NCBI GenBank assembly: GCA_963754925.1
Contig: CAVWHX010000003.1
Coordinates: 608,001 to 672,000 of the forward strand
DNA from: an uncultured delta proteobacterium
GTDB taxonomy: Bacteria > Myxococcota > B64-G9
Length of the DNA stretch: 64,000 nt
Direction of reading: 5' to 3'
In this document: positions 18,661-29,244 of the stretch, in pieces
Position numbering within the stretch: the first letter of the stretch is position 1
How the letters are laid out: every line of letters begins with the position of its first letter
Notes under the pieces: model-generated
Told to the model about the DNA's origin: nothing
Database searches by the model: none
Seen by the model: only the letters and a program-made list of their open reading frames with translations
Translations under genes and position numbers: made by a program

Positions 18661-20730
18661 ATGAAAATCACAAAAAGTCCCCGGCCGTTGCTCGAACGAG
18701 CCATTCTCCGGCCAGCAGTGATAGAGTCTTTTCGCAAACTCGATCCGCGCTGGATGATCCGCAGCCCGGTTATGTTTGTGGTGGAAGTCGGCAGCGCCTT
18801 CACCAGCCTGCTTTTCTTTCATTCCCTCTTTTCCGGCGGCGCCGATACGGGATTCATCCTGGCCGTATCGGTATGGCTGTGGTTCACCGTCATCTTCGCC
18901 AACTTCGCTGAAGCCATGGCCGAAGGACGAGGAAAGGCGCAAGCGGACGCGCTGCGTCGCGCACGCAAACAGATCATCGCGAAACGCCTTTCCGAACCCC
19001 GGCGCGACGCCCCCCGGGAAGAGATCGCAGCGTCTCAACTCAGACGGAACGATGCGGTACTGGTCGAGGTCGGCGACGTTATTCCGGGCGATGGAGAGGC
19101 CATCGAGGGAATAGCTTCCGTCGATGAGAGCGCCGTCACCGGCGAAAGCGCCCCGGTCATCCGCGAAAGCGGCGGGGATCGCAGCGCGGTGACCGGCGGC
19201 ACGAAAGTGCTTTCTGATTGGCTCATCGTTCGCATCACCGCCGATCCCGGCGAAACATTTCTCGACCGTATGATCGCCCTGGTCGAGGGCTCCGTCCGTC
19301 AGAAGACGCCGAACGAAATAGCCCTCAACACGCTCCTCGCCGCGCTGACCATCATTTTTCTGCTGGCCGTCGTCACGCTGCGCGCCTACTCGATATACGC
19401 GGTCCAGACCGCCGGCCACGGCGAACCGGTGAGCATGACAACGCTCACCGCGCTTTTGGTTTGCCTCATTCCCACCACCATCGGCGGCCTGCTGTCCGCC
19501 ATCGGCATCGCCGGCATGGACCGCATGATCCAGGCCAATGTGATAGCCATGTCGGGGCGAGCGGTCGAGGCCGCCGGCGACGTCAACGTGCTGCTACTCG
19601 ACAAGACCGGCACCATCACGCTCGGCAACCGTCAAGCGGTTGCGTTCATCCCGGCCCCCGGCGTGCGGGAGCAGGCCCTGGCCGAAGCCGCTCAGCTTGC
19701 TTCTTTGGCCGACGAGACACCCGAAGGACGTAGCATCGTGGTTTTGGCCAAAGAGCGCTTTGGGCTGCGCGGGCGCGATCTCCGCAAGCTCGGCGTCCGG
19801 GTCATTCCCTTTTCCGCTCAGACCAGAACGAGCGGCGTGGATTTGGACGGGTGGTCTATTTATAAAGGGTCCGCCGATGCCATCGAACAGTTCGTCGGCG
19901 ACCAGGGCGGCAGCGTCTCCGACGAAGTCAAAGAGGTGGTCGCGGATCTTGCCCGCAGCGGAGCCACACCGTTAGTGGTTGCCGAAGGGCCGCGGGTTCT
20001 GGGCGTTATCCATCTCAAAGACGTTCTCAAAGGCGGAATCCGCGAGCGCTTCGCCGAAATGCGCACTTCGGGGATTCGCACGGTGATGATCACCGGAGAC
20101 AATCCGCTCACCGCCTCGGCCATCGCGGCCGAAGCCGGCGTGGATACCTTCTTGGCCGAGGCGACGCCGGAGAGCAAGCTCGCGCTCATCCGCGAGTACC
20201 AACAAAACGGCAACCTGGTGGCCATGACCGGCGACGGGACCAACGACGCGCCCGCCCTGGCACAGGCCGATGTCGCGGTGGCGATGAATACGGGTACCCA
20301 GGCGGCCAAGGAAGCCGGCAACATGGTGGATCTCGATTCCAATCCCACCAAGCTGCTCGACATCGTGGCCATCGGCAAACAGATGCTGATGACGCGCGGC
20401 TCCCTCACCACCTTCAGCATCGCCAACGACGTGTCCAAATACTTCGCCATCATTCCCGCGGCCTTCGCCTCGACGTATCCGGCGCTCGACGCGCTCAATA
20501 TCATGCGCCTTCACTCCCCAACGAGTGCGATTCTCTCCGCGGTAATCTTCAACGCCCTCATTATCGTCGCTCTTATTCCCTTGGCCCTGCGCGGGGTCCG
20601 TTACCGCCCGGCGCCGGCTTCGACGCTTTTGCGGCGCAACCTGCTTATGTATGGCGTCGTAGGGCTGGTGTTGCCGTTCCCCTTTATTAAAATCATTGAT
20701 CTATTTCTCACCGGAATAGGTTTGGTATAG
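18661..20730 (+). CDS. kdpB: K+-transporting P-type ATPase subunit B
   Basis: [37 protein letters not shown]. Confidence 0.97.
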   Translation: MKITKSPRPLLERAILRPAVIESFRKLDPRWMIRSPVMFVVEVGSAFTSLLFFHSLFSGGADTGFILAVSVWLWFTVIFANFAEAMAEGRGKAQADALRRARKQIIAKRLSEPRRDAPREEIAASQLRRNDAVLVEVGDVIPGDGEAIEGIASVDESAVTGESAPVIRESGGDRSAVTGGTKVLSDWLIVRITADPGETFLDRMIALVEGSVRQKTPNEIALNTLLAALTIIFLLAVVTLRAYSIYAVQTAGHGEPVSMTTLTALLVCLIPTTIGGLLSAIGIAGMDRMIQANVIAMSGRAVEAAGDVNVLLLDKTGTITLGNRQAVAFIPAPGVREQALAEAAQLASLADETPEGRSIVVLAKERFGLRGRDLRKLGVRVIPFSAQTRTSGVDLDGWSIYKGSADAIEQFVGDQGGSVSDEVKEVVADLARSGATPLVVAEGPRVLGVIHLKDVLKGGIRERFAEMRTSGIRTVMITGDNPLTASAIAAEAGVDTFLAEATPESKLALIREYQQNGNLVAMTGDGTNDAPALAQADVAVAMNTGTQAAKEAGNMVDLDSNPTKLLDIVAIGKQMLMTRGSLTTFSIANDVSKYFAIIPAAFASTYPALDALNIMRLHSPTSAILSAVIFNALIIVALIPLALRGVRYRPAPASTLLRRNLLMYGVVGLVLPFPFIKIIDLFLTGIGLV

Positions 20731-20732
20731 CC

Positions 20733-21323
20733 ATGAAAACAATACTACGACCCGCGTTGGCGCTCCTGATCATCTTTTCGGTCTTTTTGGGCTTGGGTTA
20801 TCCGTTGCTCATGACCGGCGTCAGTCAACTCCTATTTCCGTTCGAGGCCAACGGGAGCATTCTGCAAAAGGACGGTACGGCTGTCGGCTCGGCATTGATC
20901 GGTCAGCCTTTTTCGAGCGCCTCCTATTTTTGGGGAAGGCTCTCGGCCACGGCATCGATGCCGTTTGACGCAAGCGCTTCGACCGGCTCGAATCTCGGTC
21001 CGACGAATCCGGCGCTGGCGCAAGCCGCAGCGTCGCGTATTGCGGCGCTCAAGGCCGCGGATGCTCAAAACCCCCTGCCGATTCCGGTCGACTTGGTGAC
21101 CGCCTCAGGCAGCGGACTGGACCCGCATCTTTCGGCGGCCGGGGCGTATTACCAGGTAGGCCGGATCGCCAGGGAACGAAACCTGCCCGAAACGGAGGTT
21201 TTACGGCTGGTCGAGCAACACATCCAGGGCCGAACCCTCGGCATCTTCGGCGAGCCCCGGGTCAATGTGTTAGAATTGAACCTTGCATTGGACAAGCTCG
21301 TAAAAGGGAGTAATAAGAATTAA
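20733..21323 (+). CDS. kdpC: K+-transporting ATPase subunit C
   Basis: ANGS, LIGQPF, SNLGPTN, DLVTASGSGLDPH, VNVLELNLALD. Confidence 0.97.
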   Translation: MKTILRPALALLIIFSVFLGLGYPLLMTGVSQLLFPFEANGSILQKDGTAVGSALIGQPFSSASYFWGRLSATASMPFDASASTGSNLGPTNPALAQAAASRIAALKAADAQNPLPIPVDLVTASGSGLDPHLSAAGAYYQVGRIARERNLPETEVLRLVEQHIQGRTLGIFGEPRVNVLELNLALDKLVKGSNKN

Positions 21324-21353
21324 CTATTACCGTTGCTTTGAGGATTGTGGCCA

Positions 21354-24077
21354 ATGGTTGACCAGGAGAGAAGACCGAACCCGGATGTTCTGCTGCAGCG
21401 AGTCCAGGCCGAAGAGAAGCGCCGCTTACGCACTCGCCTAAAGCTTTTCTTCGGGTATGCACCCGGTGTGGGTAAAACCTACTCCATGCTTGAATCCGCG
21501 CGCCGACTCAAAGCCGAAGGCTTCGACATCGTCGTCGGATGTGTGGAAACCCACGGCCGGCAGGAGACGGCCGTATTGCTTGAGGGTCTTGAGGTTGTCC
21601 CCAAGCGTGAGGTGACGTATCGCGGAACACGGCTCTTTGAATTTGACCTGGAATCAACCGTGGCCCGAAAGCCGCAGATCGTCCTGCTCGACGAACTGGC
21701 CCATACCAACGCGCCGGGCAGCCGACACCCGAAACGATGGCAAGATGTTTTAGAGTTGCTCGATGCAGGCATCGAAGTACATACCACGCTCAACGTGCAG
21801 CATGTGGAAAGCCTCAACGATGTGATCGCCCAGATCACCTGGATCCGCGTGCGGGAAACGGTGCCGGACGCCATCCTCGAACGGGCGGACGAAATCGAGC
21901 TGGTTGATTTGTCGCCGGACGAACTCCTGGTCCGCCTGCGCGAGGGCAAGGTGTACATTCCGGAACAAGCGCGGCAGGCGATGGATAATTTCTTTCGGCG
22001 TGGGAATCTTCTCGCGCTGCGCGAGATTTCCCTGCGACGGACGGCCGAGCGGGTTGACGTGGACGTCCGAACCTATCGCCGGGAGTACGACATTCAAACG
22101 ACCTGGCCGGCGAGTGAGCGTATCTTGGTTTGCGTTGGGCCGAGCCCCTCGTCGGCCCAGATCATCCGCGGCGCGCGCCGGATGGCCGCGGGGTTGCGGG
22201 CTCCCTGGGTGGCTATGTACGCCGACGCTCCGGATGCGTTCCCGATGACCCCGGAAGATCGTGAGCGGCTCCAGGCCCACCTGAGACTGGCCGAATCGCT
22301 CGGCGGCGAGGTGGTCCGGTTGTCGGGAAGCCAGGTCAGCAAAGAAATCCTGCGTTACGCCCGCGAGCATAACGTTACCCGTATTATCGTCGGTAAACCG
22401 AAACATTCGCGATGGCGGGACATTTTCAAAGGCTCGCTGGTCAACGAACTCCTGCGCGGCAGCGGCGAGATTGAAGTGCATTTCATCGCCGGCGACGATG
22501 TTCCTGTCCCCCGGCCACACCGAGAGCATTCCCCTCTTGAGATCCGTTGGACCAACCACCTTGCCGCCGCCGCGTTGGTCGCCGCCGCAACAGCGCTTTC
22601 GGTGCTGCTCCGCCAGTACCTGGCAACGCCCGACATCGTAACGTTTTATCTGCTTATTATTATGGTGGTGGCCTTCCGATTCGGTCGCGGCGCTTCCATC
22701 GTTTCCGCAGCTCTTTCCGTTGCGGCGTATGATTTTTTCTTTGTGCCGCCGCTCTACGTTTTCAATGTGGCGGACTCCCGTCATTTTCTTACCTTTGCTA
22801 TGATGTTCGCCTTGGGATTGACCATCAGCAGCCTAACCGAGCGGATTCGCCGGCAGGAGCGGGATGCACGGGTGCGGGAGCAACGAACCGCCACGCTCTA
22901 CTCACTGACGCGCGAGCTGGTTGCCGTGCTGGATGACGAACAAGCGTCGCTGATCACGGCCAAGCACGCGGCCGAGGTCTTCGGCGGCTTCGCGGCGGTG
23001 TTGCTGCGCGATCCGACCGGTGCGCTTACCATTAAAGGCGCCAGCGACGCCGATGTTCAGCTCGGCGTCGAGGAGCAGGCGGTGGCAGCTTGGGCGAGCG
23101 AGCATGCACGGCCCGCGGGCCTTGGTACAGACACGTTGCCTGGTTCGCGCGTTACCTGCTTCCCCTTGCAAACCGGCACCAAATCGCTCGGCGTGCTCGC
23201 CCTGCGGCTTGCCTCAGGAACCGCGCTCGAAATCGAGCAGCGCACCTTTATCGAAGCTTTCGTCCGGCAGGCCACCGTGGCCATAGAACGCGCCCTTCTC
23301 AGCGAAGAGGCGAAAACGGCGGCGCTTCGGATACGGACGGAGGAGATGCGCAGCTCGCTGCTGAGCGCCGTCTCCCACGATCTCAGGACGCCGCTCGCGG
23401 CCATCACGGGCGCGGGCACAGCGCTGCGTGACGACGACGGTCGGCTCGGCCAGGGGCAGCGGGCCGAGTTGCTCGATACCATTTGCACCGAGGCCGAGCG
23501 CATGGAACGCCTCATCGGTAATTTGCTCGACATGATGAAACTTGAGTCCGGCGGCATGGCGCTCAAGCGCGAATGGGTTCCGCTCGAGGAAATTGTGGGG
23601 TCGGCGCTGACACGACTCGAATCGCGTCTTTCGGAGCGCGAGGTATTGATGAATCTTCCCGATACGCTGCCGCTGGTGTCGGTCGACCCGGTGTTGTTCG
23701 AACAAGTCTTCGTCAACCTCTTTGACAACGCCTTGAAGTACACACCGCCCAAAAGCCCTATCGAGGTTCGCGCGATCGCTCGCGATCACGTCCTTGAGGT
23801 TGAGATCGCCGATCGCGGCCCCGGGCTCCCGCCGGGCGGCGAGGCGTTGGTATTCGAGAAGTTTTGGCGGGGCGCGCACCCCGGAACGGGCGGCGTCGGT
23901 CTCGGACTGCCGGTATGCCGCGGCATCGTCCAGGCTCACGGCGGTACCATCACCGCGGAAACACGCCGCGCGGGCGGAGCGCTGTTTCGGATTAAGGTGC
24001 CCCTTCCCGAGGCTCCCCCCACCGGCACTATGGCGATCGATGGGGAGCCGCCGCTCGGCAGGGAGTCGACACCATGA
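21354..24077 (+). CDS. kdpD: Sensor histidine kinase KdpD
   Basis: GYAPGVGKT, ETHGR, DELAHTN, Usp domain, 4 TM, GAF, VSHDLRTPL, GLGL. Confidence 0.97.
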   Translation: MVDQERRPNPDVLLQRVQAEEKRRLRTRLKLFFGYAPGVGKTYSMLESARRLKAEGFDIVVGCVETHGRQETAVLLEGLEVVPKREVTYRGTRLFEFDLESTVARKPQIVLLDELAHTNAPGSRHPKRWQDVLELLDAGIEVHTTLNVQHVESLNDVIAQITWIRVRETVPDAILERADEIELVDLSPDELLVRLREGKVYIPEQARQAMDNFFRRGNLLALREISLRRTAERVDVDVRTYRREYDIQTTWPASERILVCVGPSPSSAQIIRGARRMAAGLRAPWVAMYADAPDAFPMTPEDRERLQAHLRLAESLGGEVVRLSGSQVSKEILRYAREHNVTRIIVGKPKHSRWRDIFKGSLVNELLRGSGEIEVHFIAGDDVPVPRPHREHSPLEIRWTNHLAAAALVAAATALSVLLRQYLATPDIVTFYLLIIMVVAFRFGRGASIVSAALSVAAYDFFFVPPLYVFNVADSRHFLTFAMMFALGLTISSLTERIRRQERDARVREQRTATLYSLTRELVAVLDDEQASLITAKHAAEVFGGFAAVLLRDPTGALTIKGASDADVQLGVEEQAVAAWASEHARPAGLGTDTLPGSRVTCFPLQTGTKSLGVLALRLASGTALEIEQRTFIEAFVRQATVAIERALLSEEAKTAALRIRTEEMRSSLLSAVSHDLRTPLAAITGAGTALRDDDGRLGQGQRAELLDTICTEAERMERLIGNLLDMMKLESGGMALKREWVPLEEIVGSALTRLESRLSEREVLMNLPDTLPLVSVDPVLFEQVFVNLFDNALKYTPPKSPIEVRAIARDHVLEVEIADRGPGLPPGGEALVFEKFWRGAHPGTGGVGLGLPVCRGIVQAHGGTITAETRRAGGALFRIKVPLPEAPPTGTMAIDGEPPLGRESTP

Positions 24078-24772
24078 ATGCGCCGGGACCGTTGGTCCTG
24101 ATCGTAGAAGATGAGCCGCAGATGCGGCGGTTTCTGAGAACCGCGCTTACGGCCCAGGAATTTCGCATTCTCGAGGCCGAGAACGCGAAGCAAGCGATAA
24201 TCGCTACCACAACGCATAACCCCGAGATCATCCTGCTCGACCTGGGCCTGCCCGATGAAGATGGCCTCGATCTCACACGCCAGGTCCGCGAATGGAGCCG
24301 CGTGCCCATCATCGTGATCTCGGCACGCGGTCGCGAGGACGACAAGGTGGCCGCGCTCGACGCCGGCGCCGACGATTACTTGACCAAACCCTTTGGCGTC
24401 AATGAGCTCCTCGCGCGCATTCGAGTCGCGCTCCGTCACTTCGTGCAAGCCTCATCCGCCGCAGGGGCGCCGATCCTGGAAATCGGTCCCTTGAGCCTGG
24501 ACTTAACACGCCGCACCGTAACCATCGACACTCAAGAGGTGCATTTGACGCCGATCGAATATCGATTGCTTTCGCTGTTGGCGCAAAACGCCGGAAAAGT
24601 GCTCACCCACCGTCAGATCTTGAAGGAGGTTTGGGGTTCCTCATATACCAATGAAACCCAGTACTTGAGAGTTTTCATGACGCAGCTTCGTCGCAAAATC
24701 GAACGCAACCCGGCCCGCCCGCGGTTGCTCATCACCGAACCGGGCGTCGGGTATCGCATGCGCGAATCATAA
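24074..24772 (+). CDS. kdpE: Response regulator KdpE
   Basis: LDLGLPD, GADDYLTKPF, YLRVFMTQLRRKIE, TEPGVGYR; ATGA overlap with kdpD. Confidence 0.96.
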   Translation: MNAPGPLVLIVEDEPQMRRFLRTALTAQEFRILEAENAKQAIIATTTHNPEIILLDLGLPDEDGLDLTRQVREWSRVPIIVISARGREDDKVAALDAGADDYLTKPFGVNELLARIRVALRHFVQASSAAGAPILEIGPLSLDLTRRTVTIDTQEVHLTPIEYRLLSLLAQNAGKVLTHRQILKEVWGSSYTNETQYLRVFMTQLRRKIERNPARPRLLITEPGVGYRMRES

Positions 24773-24888
24773 GAGGCTCTTAGCGAGCGAAGTGAGCTTA
24801 CGGGCGCTCATACCAATTGACGTCAGGCCGCGAAAGAACCATATTCTAAACAGGTTACGCTCTGTCCTGAAACAAAGGAGTCGTATCC

Positions 24889-25692
24889 ATGCCGGCCTCA
24901 TACGAGCGCCTCAAAGAATTATTAAGACCTATGGGTGGGGTTGTGGTCGCTTTTTCGGGAGGCGTGGACAGCACCCTGCTGCTCGCCGCGGCGCGAGATG
25001 CCCTCGGAACCCGCGCCCTGGCGGTGACCGGCCGATCGGCAACGTACACACCGGAAGAGCTGGTGAGAGCAGGCGAGCTGGCTCAGTTGCTCGGCGTCAA
25101 TCACCTGGTCATTGAAACCAACGAGCTTGAGCATCCCTCCTTCAAGACTAATCCTTCCAACCGATGTTATTTCTGCAAGGGGGAGTTGTTTCACAAGCTC
25201 AAGGCAATCGCTACCCGGGAAGGCTTGACCGAGGTGATCGACGGCACCAATGCAGACGATCTCTCTGACGTTCGTCCCGGACGCAAGGCCGCGAAGGAAT
25301 TCGGGGTGCGCTCGCCGTTTATTGAGCTCGGAATCGGCAAGAGCGACATACGAACGCTGGCGAAAGAACGCGGGTTGCCGAATTGGGACAAACCCGCCGA
25401 GGCGTGTCTAGCCTCGCGGATTCCCTACGGAGAAGAAATCACACCCGCCCGGCTCGAACGGATCGGGCAGGCTGAAGGCGCCCTGCGCTATCTCGGCTTC
25501 AAGCACGTGCGCGTGCGCGATCATGGATTGGTAGCCCGGGTTGAGATCGCACCGGAGGAGATCGAACGGGCGTGTGGTTACGAAATCAGGCAACTCATGG
25601 TCGAGACGTGCAAGAAATGTGGATACACCTACGTTTGCCTTGATCTTGAGGGCTATCGGACAGGCTCGATGAACGAGTCTTTGCGGAACTAG
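24889..25692 (+). CDS. larE: LarE-family ATP-dependent sulfur transferase
   Basis: PP-loop FSGGVDS, RCYFCK, DGTNADD, RPG, ACLASRIPYG, RVRDHG, GYRTGSMN. Confidence 0.9.
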   Translation: MPASYERLKELLRPMGGVVVAFSGGVDSTLLLAAARDALGTRALAVTGRSATYTPEELVRAGELAQLLGVNHLVIETNELEHPSFKTNPSNRCYFCKGELFHKLKAIATREGLTEVIDGTNADDLSDVRPGRKAAKEFGVRSPFIELGIGKSDIRTLAKERGLPNWDKPAEACLASRIPYGEEITPARLERIGQAEGALRYLGFKHVRVRDHGLVARVEIAPEEIERACGYEIRQLMVETCKKCGYTYVCLDLEGYRTGSMNESLRN

Positions 25693-25721
25693 TAACTATT
25701 TTTTGAGATGAGGATAGCTCG

Positions 25722-26834
25722 ATGGACCAGACGAACAACACGATGCTTCCCGTTGATCGTACGCGGGTCGTGGTGGCCATGAGCGGGGGCGTCGACTCGA
25801 GCGTTGCGGCGGCGCTTCTCAAGGAGCGAGGCTTCGAGGTCATCGGCGTCACGCTAAAGCTTCAACCGCAGAACCCGACTGCCGATGCCGAGTCTGGTCG
25901 CACCATCGACGGAACGTCGCGGGCCAGAGCGGTCGCCGACATCCTGCAGATTCCTCACCACGTCTTAGCCTGCGAGAAAGAATTCGAGAATGCCGTGCTG
26001 AGGCCCGCCTGGACAGAGTACGCAAGCGGGAGGACGCCAAGCCCGTGCCTCTGGTGCAACGAGCGGATTAAGTTCGGCGTACTCGTCGATTGGGCGCAAT
26101 CAATCGGCGCCGACGTTGTTGCGACCGGCCACTACGCCCGGCGCATAGATGACGACGTCGGTAACCCGATATTGTTGCGGGCAGTCGACCGTAATAAGGA
26201 TCAATCGTACTTCCTGGCACGATTGACCGCTGCCCAACTTCGGCACGTTGTTTTTCCGATAGGGCACATGCATAAACGCGAAGTTCGCGACGCAGCGCGG
26301 AGGTTTGGGCTTCCCAACGCCGAGCAAAAAGAAAGCCAGGACGCCTGCCTGGTAGCGGCGGGAGACACCTTTGCCGAAGCTCTTCGGCAACGGTTTGGGG
26401 GAACGGCTCGGCCGGGCGCTATCATGGACCGATCCGGAAAGATTGTGGGTCGCCACGAAGGCATTCACCGGTTCACCATCGGTCAACGTCAGGGATTGCA
26501 CATCGTGTCCCCTACCCGCTCGTGGGTGGCGGCCATTGAATCAGCGTCAGGCACCGTCAGAGTCACGAACCAAGAGCACGACCTCATCACCCGCGGCCTC
26601 GTGACCACCGAAACCTGCTGGGTTGGACACGCACCAATCGTCTGGCCGGCAGCGTGCGAGGTCCAGGTGCGATACCGGCACGCGCCGGTCTCGGCAGCGC
26701 TTCTGCCGCTCGGTCCGGGTTCGCTGAGAATCACCCTTGAGACGGGCGTCCGCGCGATCACCCCCGGGCAGGCAGCGGTGTTGTATCGCGGCGAGCGCGT
26801 GCTCGGAGGCGGATGGATCAGCTCCCCCATGTGA
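25722..26834 (+). CDS. mnmA: tRNA 2-thiouridine(34) synthase
   Basis: AMSGGVDSS, GRTPSPCLWCN..IKFG, ATGHYA, KDQSYFL, ESQDAC, TIGQRQG, TPGQAAV. Confidence 0.95.
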   Translation: MDQTNNTMLPVDRTRVVVAMSGGVDSSVAAALLKERGFEVIGVTLKLQPQNPTADAESGRTIDGTSRARAVADILQIPHHVLACEKEFENAVLRPAWTEYASGRTPSPCLWCNERIKFGVLVDWAQSIGADVVATGHYARRIDDDVGNPILLRAVDRNKDQSYFLARLTAAQLRHVVFPIGHMHKREVRDAARRFGLPNAEQKESQDACLVAAGDTFAEALRQRFGGTARPGAIMDRSGKIVGRHEGIHRFTIGQRQGLHIVSPTRSWVAAIESASGTVRVTNQEHDLITRGLVTTETCWVGHAPIVWPAACEVQVRYRHAPVSAALLPLGPGSLRITLETGVRAITPGQAAVLYRGERVLGGGWISSPM

Positions 26835-26864
26835 GATACCTATGGCAATAAGGAAACTATCATT

Positions 26865-27798
26865 ATGATCACCCTCGCCGATAAGATCAAAACGCTCTGT
26901 AAGAAACGAAATGCCGTTATTCTTGCCCACAACTACACGTTGCCGGACGTTCAAGACCTCGCCGATTTTGTCGGCGACTCCCTGGAGCTTTCTCTGCGGG
27001 CCGCCAAAACCGAAGCGGACATAATCGTGTTCTGCGGGGTGCACTTCATGGCTGAGACGGCAAAGATCCTCAATCCCCAGCGTAAGGTTCTTATGCCCGA
27101 CGAACGCGCCGGCTGCCCCATGGCGGACATGGCGGCCGCCGACAAGCTCCGTGAATTCAAGCAAGCCCATCCTGGGGTGGTTGTGGTATCGTATGTCAAC
27201 ACAACGGCCGCGATCAAGGCCGAGTCGGATATTTGCTGCACGAGCGCTAATGCTCAGGCAGTGGTCAAGACTATCCCGCTGTCTCGAGAAATAATCTTCT
27301 TGCCGGATAGAAACTTGGGCAATTGGGTTCAAAAGACCCGTGGTCGGCCGATGCTCCTGTGGAACGGGTATTGTTCAACCCATCAGAAACTGTTGCCCAA
27401 GCATCTCACTGAAACTAAAGAAAAATACCCCAGCGCACGAGTGCTCGCCCACCCCGAGTGCCGCGCTGAGGTTCTTGATATGGCCGACCACGTGGCGAGC
27501 ACCTCGGGAATTCTCTCCTACTGCAGATCTTCAAAGGAGAACGAATTCATCATCGCAACCGAGCTCGGTATCCTGCACCGGCTGCGTATTGAAAATCCAG
27601 ATAAGAAGTTCTACGAAGCCAGTCATCACCTGACGTGCCCGAATATGAAAAAGACCACGGTGGAGAAAATCTTGTGGTGCCTTGAAAGAACTCTCCGGCG
27701 AGGTGACCGTTGAACCGAGCGTTGCCAAAAACGCACGCGTATCTCTCGAAAGGATGTTAATCATTAATAAGACTCCGCCAAACGCCGCGATTGATTAA
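26865..27798 (+). CDS. nadA: Quinolinate synthase, with a +1 frameshift near 27685 (probable sequencing indel)
   Basis: ILAHNY, FCGVHFMAET, AGCPMAD, YVNT, HPEC, CPNMK; conserved tail ELSGEVTVEPSVAKNARVSLERML continues in another frame to TAA 27798. Confidence 0.9.
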
Positions 27799-27887
27799 TT
27801 ATTGTCGAAGAATGTATCCCACCAATTTCTCAGGTTATTGTTGAAATAATTCGCTTGACTGCATGGTGAATAAGCTCATTAAAGCAT

Positions 27888-27903
27888 ATAAAAACGCCCA
27901 ACA
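27888..27903. repeat. Left target-site duplication ATAAAAACGCCCAACA
   Basis: Identical copy at 29169-29184; each copy is exactly 9 nt outside the IR core. Confidence 0.85.
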
Positions 27904-29168
27904 CGGCGTCAACAGGTAGATGTGACACCACCTGAGGAAAGTAAGTCGTCGTCCTGAAACCAGGCCTCAAGGTCAACGGGTAGGAGCAAGAGGATGCTTG
28001 GGTCAAGGCCTTCATCCTCCAAGAGTTGTGCGGGTGTTTTAGCGCTCTTGGAGTAGTTGGGTCTGGCGAAGTTCCACCAGTGTTGGTAGATAGAGACCTT
28101 CTGGAAGAAGTCCTGTCTGGATGTAAATGGTTCGAGATCAAAGAACTCCTGTTCAATGGATGCATGGGAACTCTCAACATCGGCGTGGGCGTTTGGGGTG
28201 GCAGGGGGCAGGAATGGATGATCCCGGCCTGCTGGATTTGTGGCATGGAAGCCTCGTTCCCGCTCGTTCTTGTCATGGCCACCATATTCGACGCCGTTGT
28301 CGGTGGACAAGATAGCACGGCGGAGGTTGACGAGATGCTTTTTCAGGTGGGTCAGCAAGCGCCGGGAGGTCATGGTGGCGTAGGTGGTGGAGAGCTCGTC
28401 GGCGTAAGAGATAGAAGAGAGCACCGCTTTTGACATCACGGTGGGTGTACTGGTGTTTGGGGAGGCCGAGTTTCTTCATCTGCGGCCAGTAGGCGGGGAT
28501 ATCGAAGAGGGGTTTCATATCGGCCTGGAGGCGTTGGAAGCATCTGTATTTCAGCTTTGATAGCCCGCAGGTCGTTTTTGCGCTGACGCTTTTTGCGACG
28601 GCGGCCCGATAAGCCTTGCTGGCGCAGGATGCGAGCGATGGCGCCAGAGGAAGCAGTGATTCCGAACAGGTCGCGCAGGCGGCGCGGTCCGAAGCAGGGA
28701 ACCTTCTTGCGTGCGTTGAGGATCTCGCTTCTTGGTACCGGGAAGTCTTGTGGGGGCAGGTCTTGGGTCTCCGGGAGCGGTCCTGGAGTGAGGATACGAC
28801 CGCCGGCGTCAAAGCGGGCACGCCATCGCCGTACGGTGTTGGGGGTGGTAGCAAAGGCACGCGCAGCGGGGCGTATGCCGTGGGTCGTGGCGTACTGCAC
28901 CAACTGAAGGCGAAGCGAATATTTATGGTCTTTCGTGGTGGTCATGGCGTAATAACTAAATGGGGTCAGGGCCGTACCTCCTTGTGATGAAAGTCTTCGC
29001 AAACCTTCATTCAAGAGGATTTTGGTCCTGACCTCATCTCCTTTTTGTTGCCGCGGCTTCCTTGGGGGCTGCCCCCCAAGGAAGCTTTCCCTTCAACATT
29101 GCCAATCCCTTGCTCCCCATGCTCCTGAGAGCAGAAAGAGGTGGTGTCAGATCTACCTGGGCTTGCCC
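27904..29168 (-). mobile_element. Insertion sequence (about 1265 bp), IS481/IS1202-like DDE transposase, frameshifted
   Basis: HTH (IRPAARAFATTPNTVRRWR), DRSRRPK, GPRRL, TDNGVEY, ESSH motifs spread over three ORFs; 20/21 inverted repeat at 27913-27933 and 29139-29159; flanking 16-bp direct repeat. Confidence 0.85.
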
Positions 29169-29184
29169 ATAAAAACGCCCAACA
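29169..29184. repeat. Right target-site duplication ATAAAAACGCCCAACA
   Basis: Identical to 27888-27903. Confidence 0.85.
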
Positions 29185-29244
29185 TCATTTGACAACGCGC
29201 CAATTTTGAAATAAAAAATCAGTTCGAATAAAAAGAGACGTGGT

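Noticed and set aside
13858..23939. Long antisense or overlapping ORFs (e.g. 13858-14934, 18589-19419, 21750-22784, 23214-23939)
   Set aside because: Shadow frames of GC-rich genes with clear family motifs on the other strand; no motifs of their own.
27888..27912. GCCCAAC resembling an integron attC inverse core site
   Set aside because: Better explained as part of the IS target duplication; no matching GTTRRRY palindrome or integrase seen.
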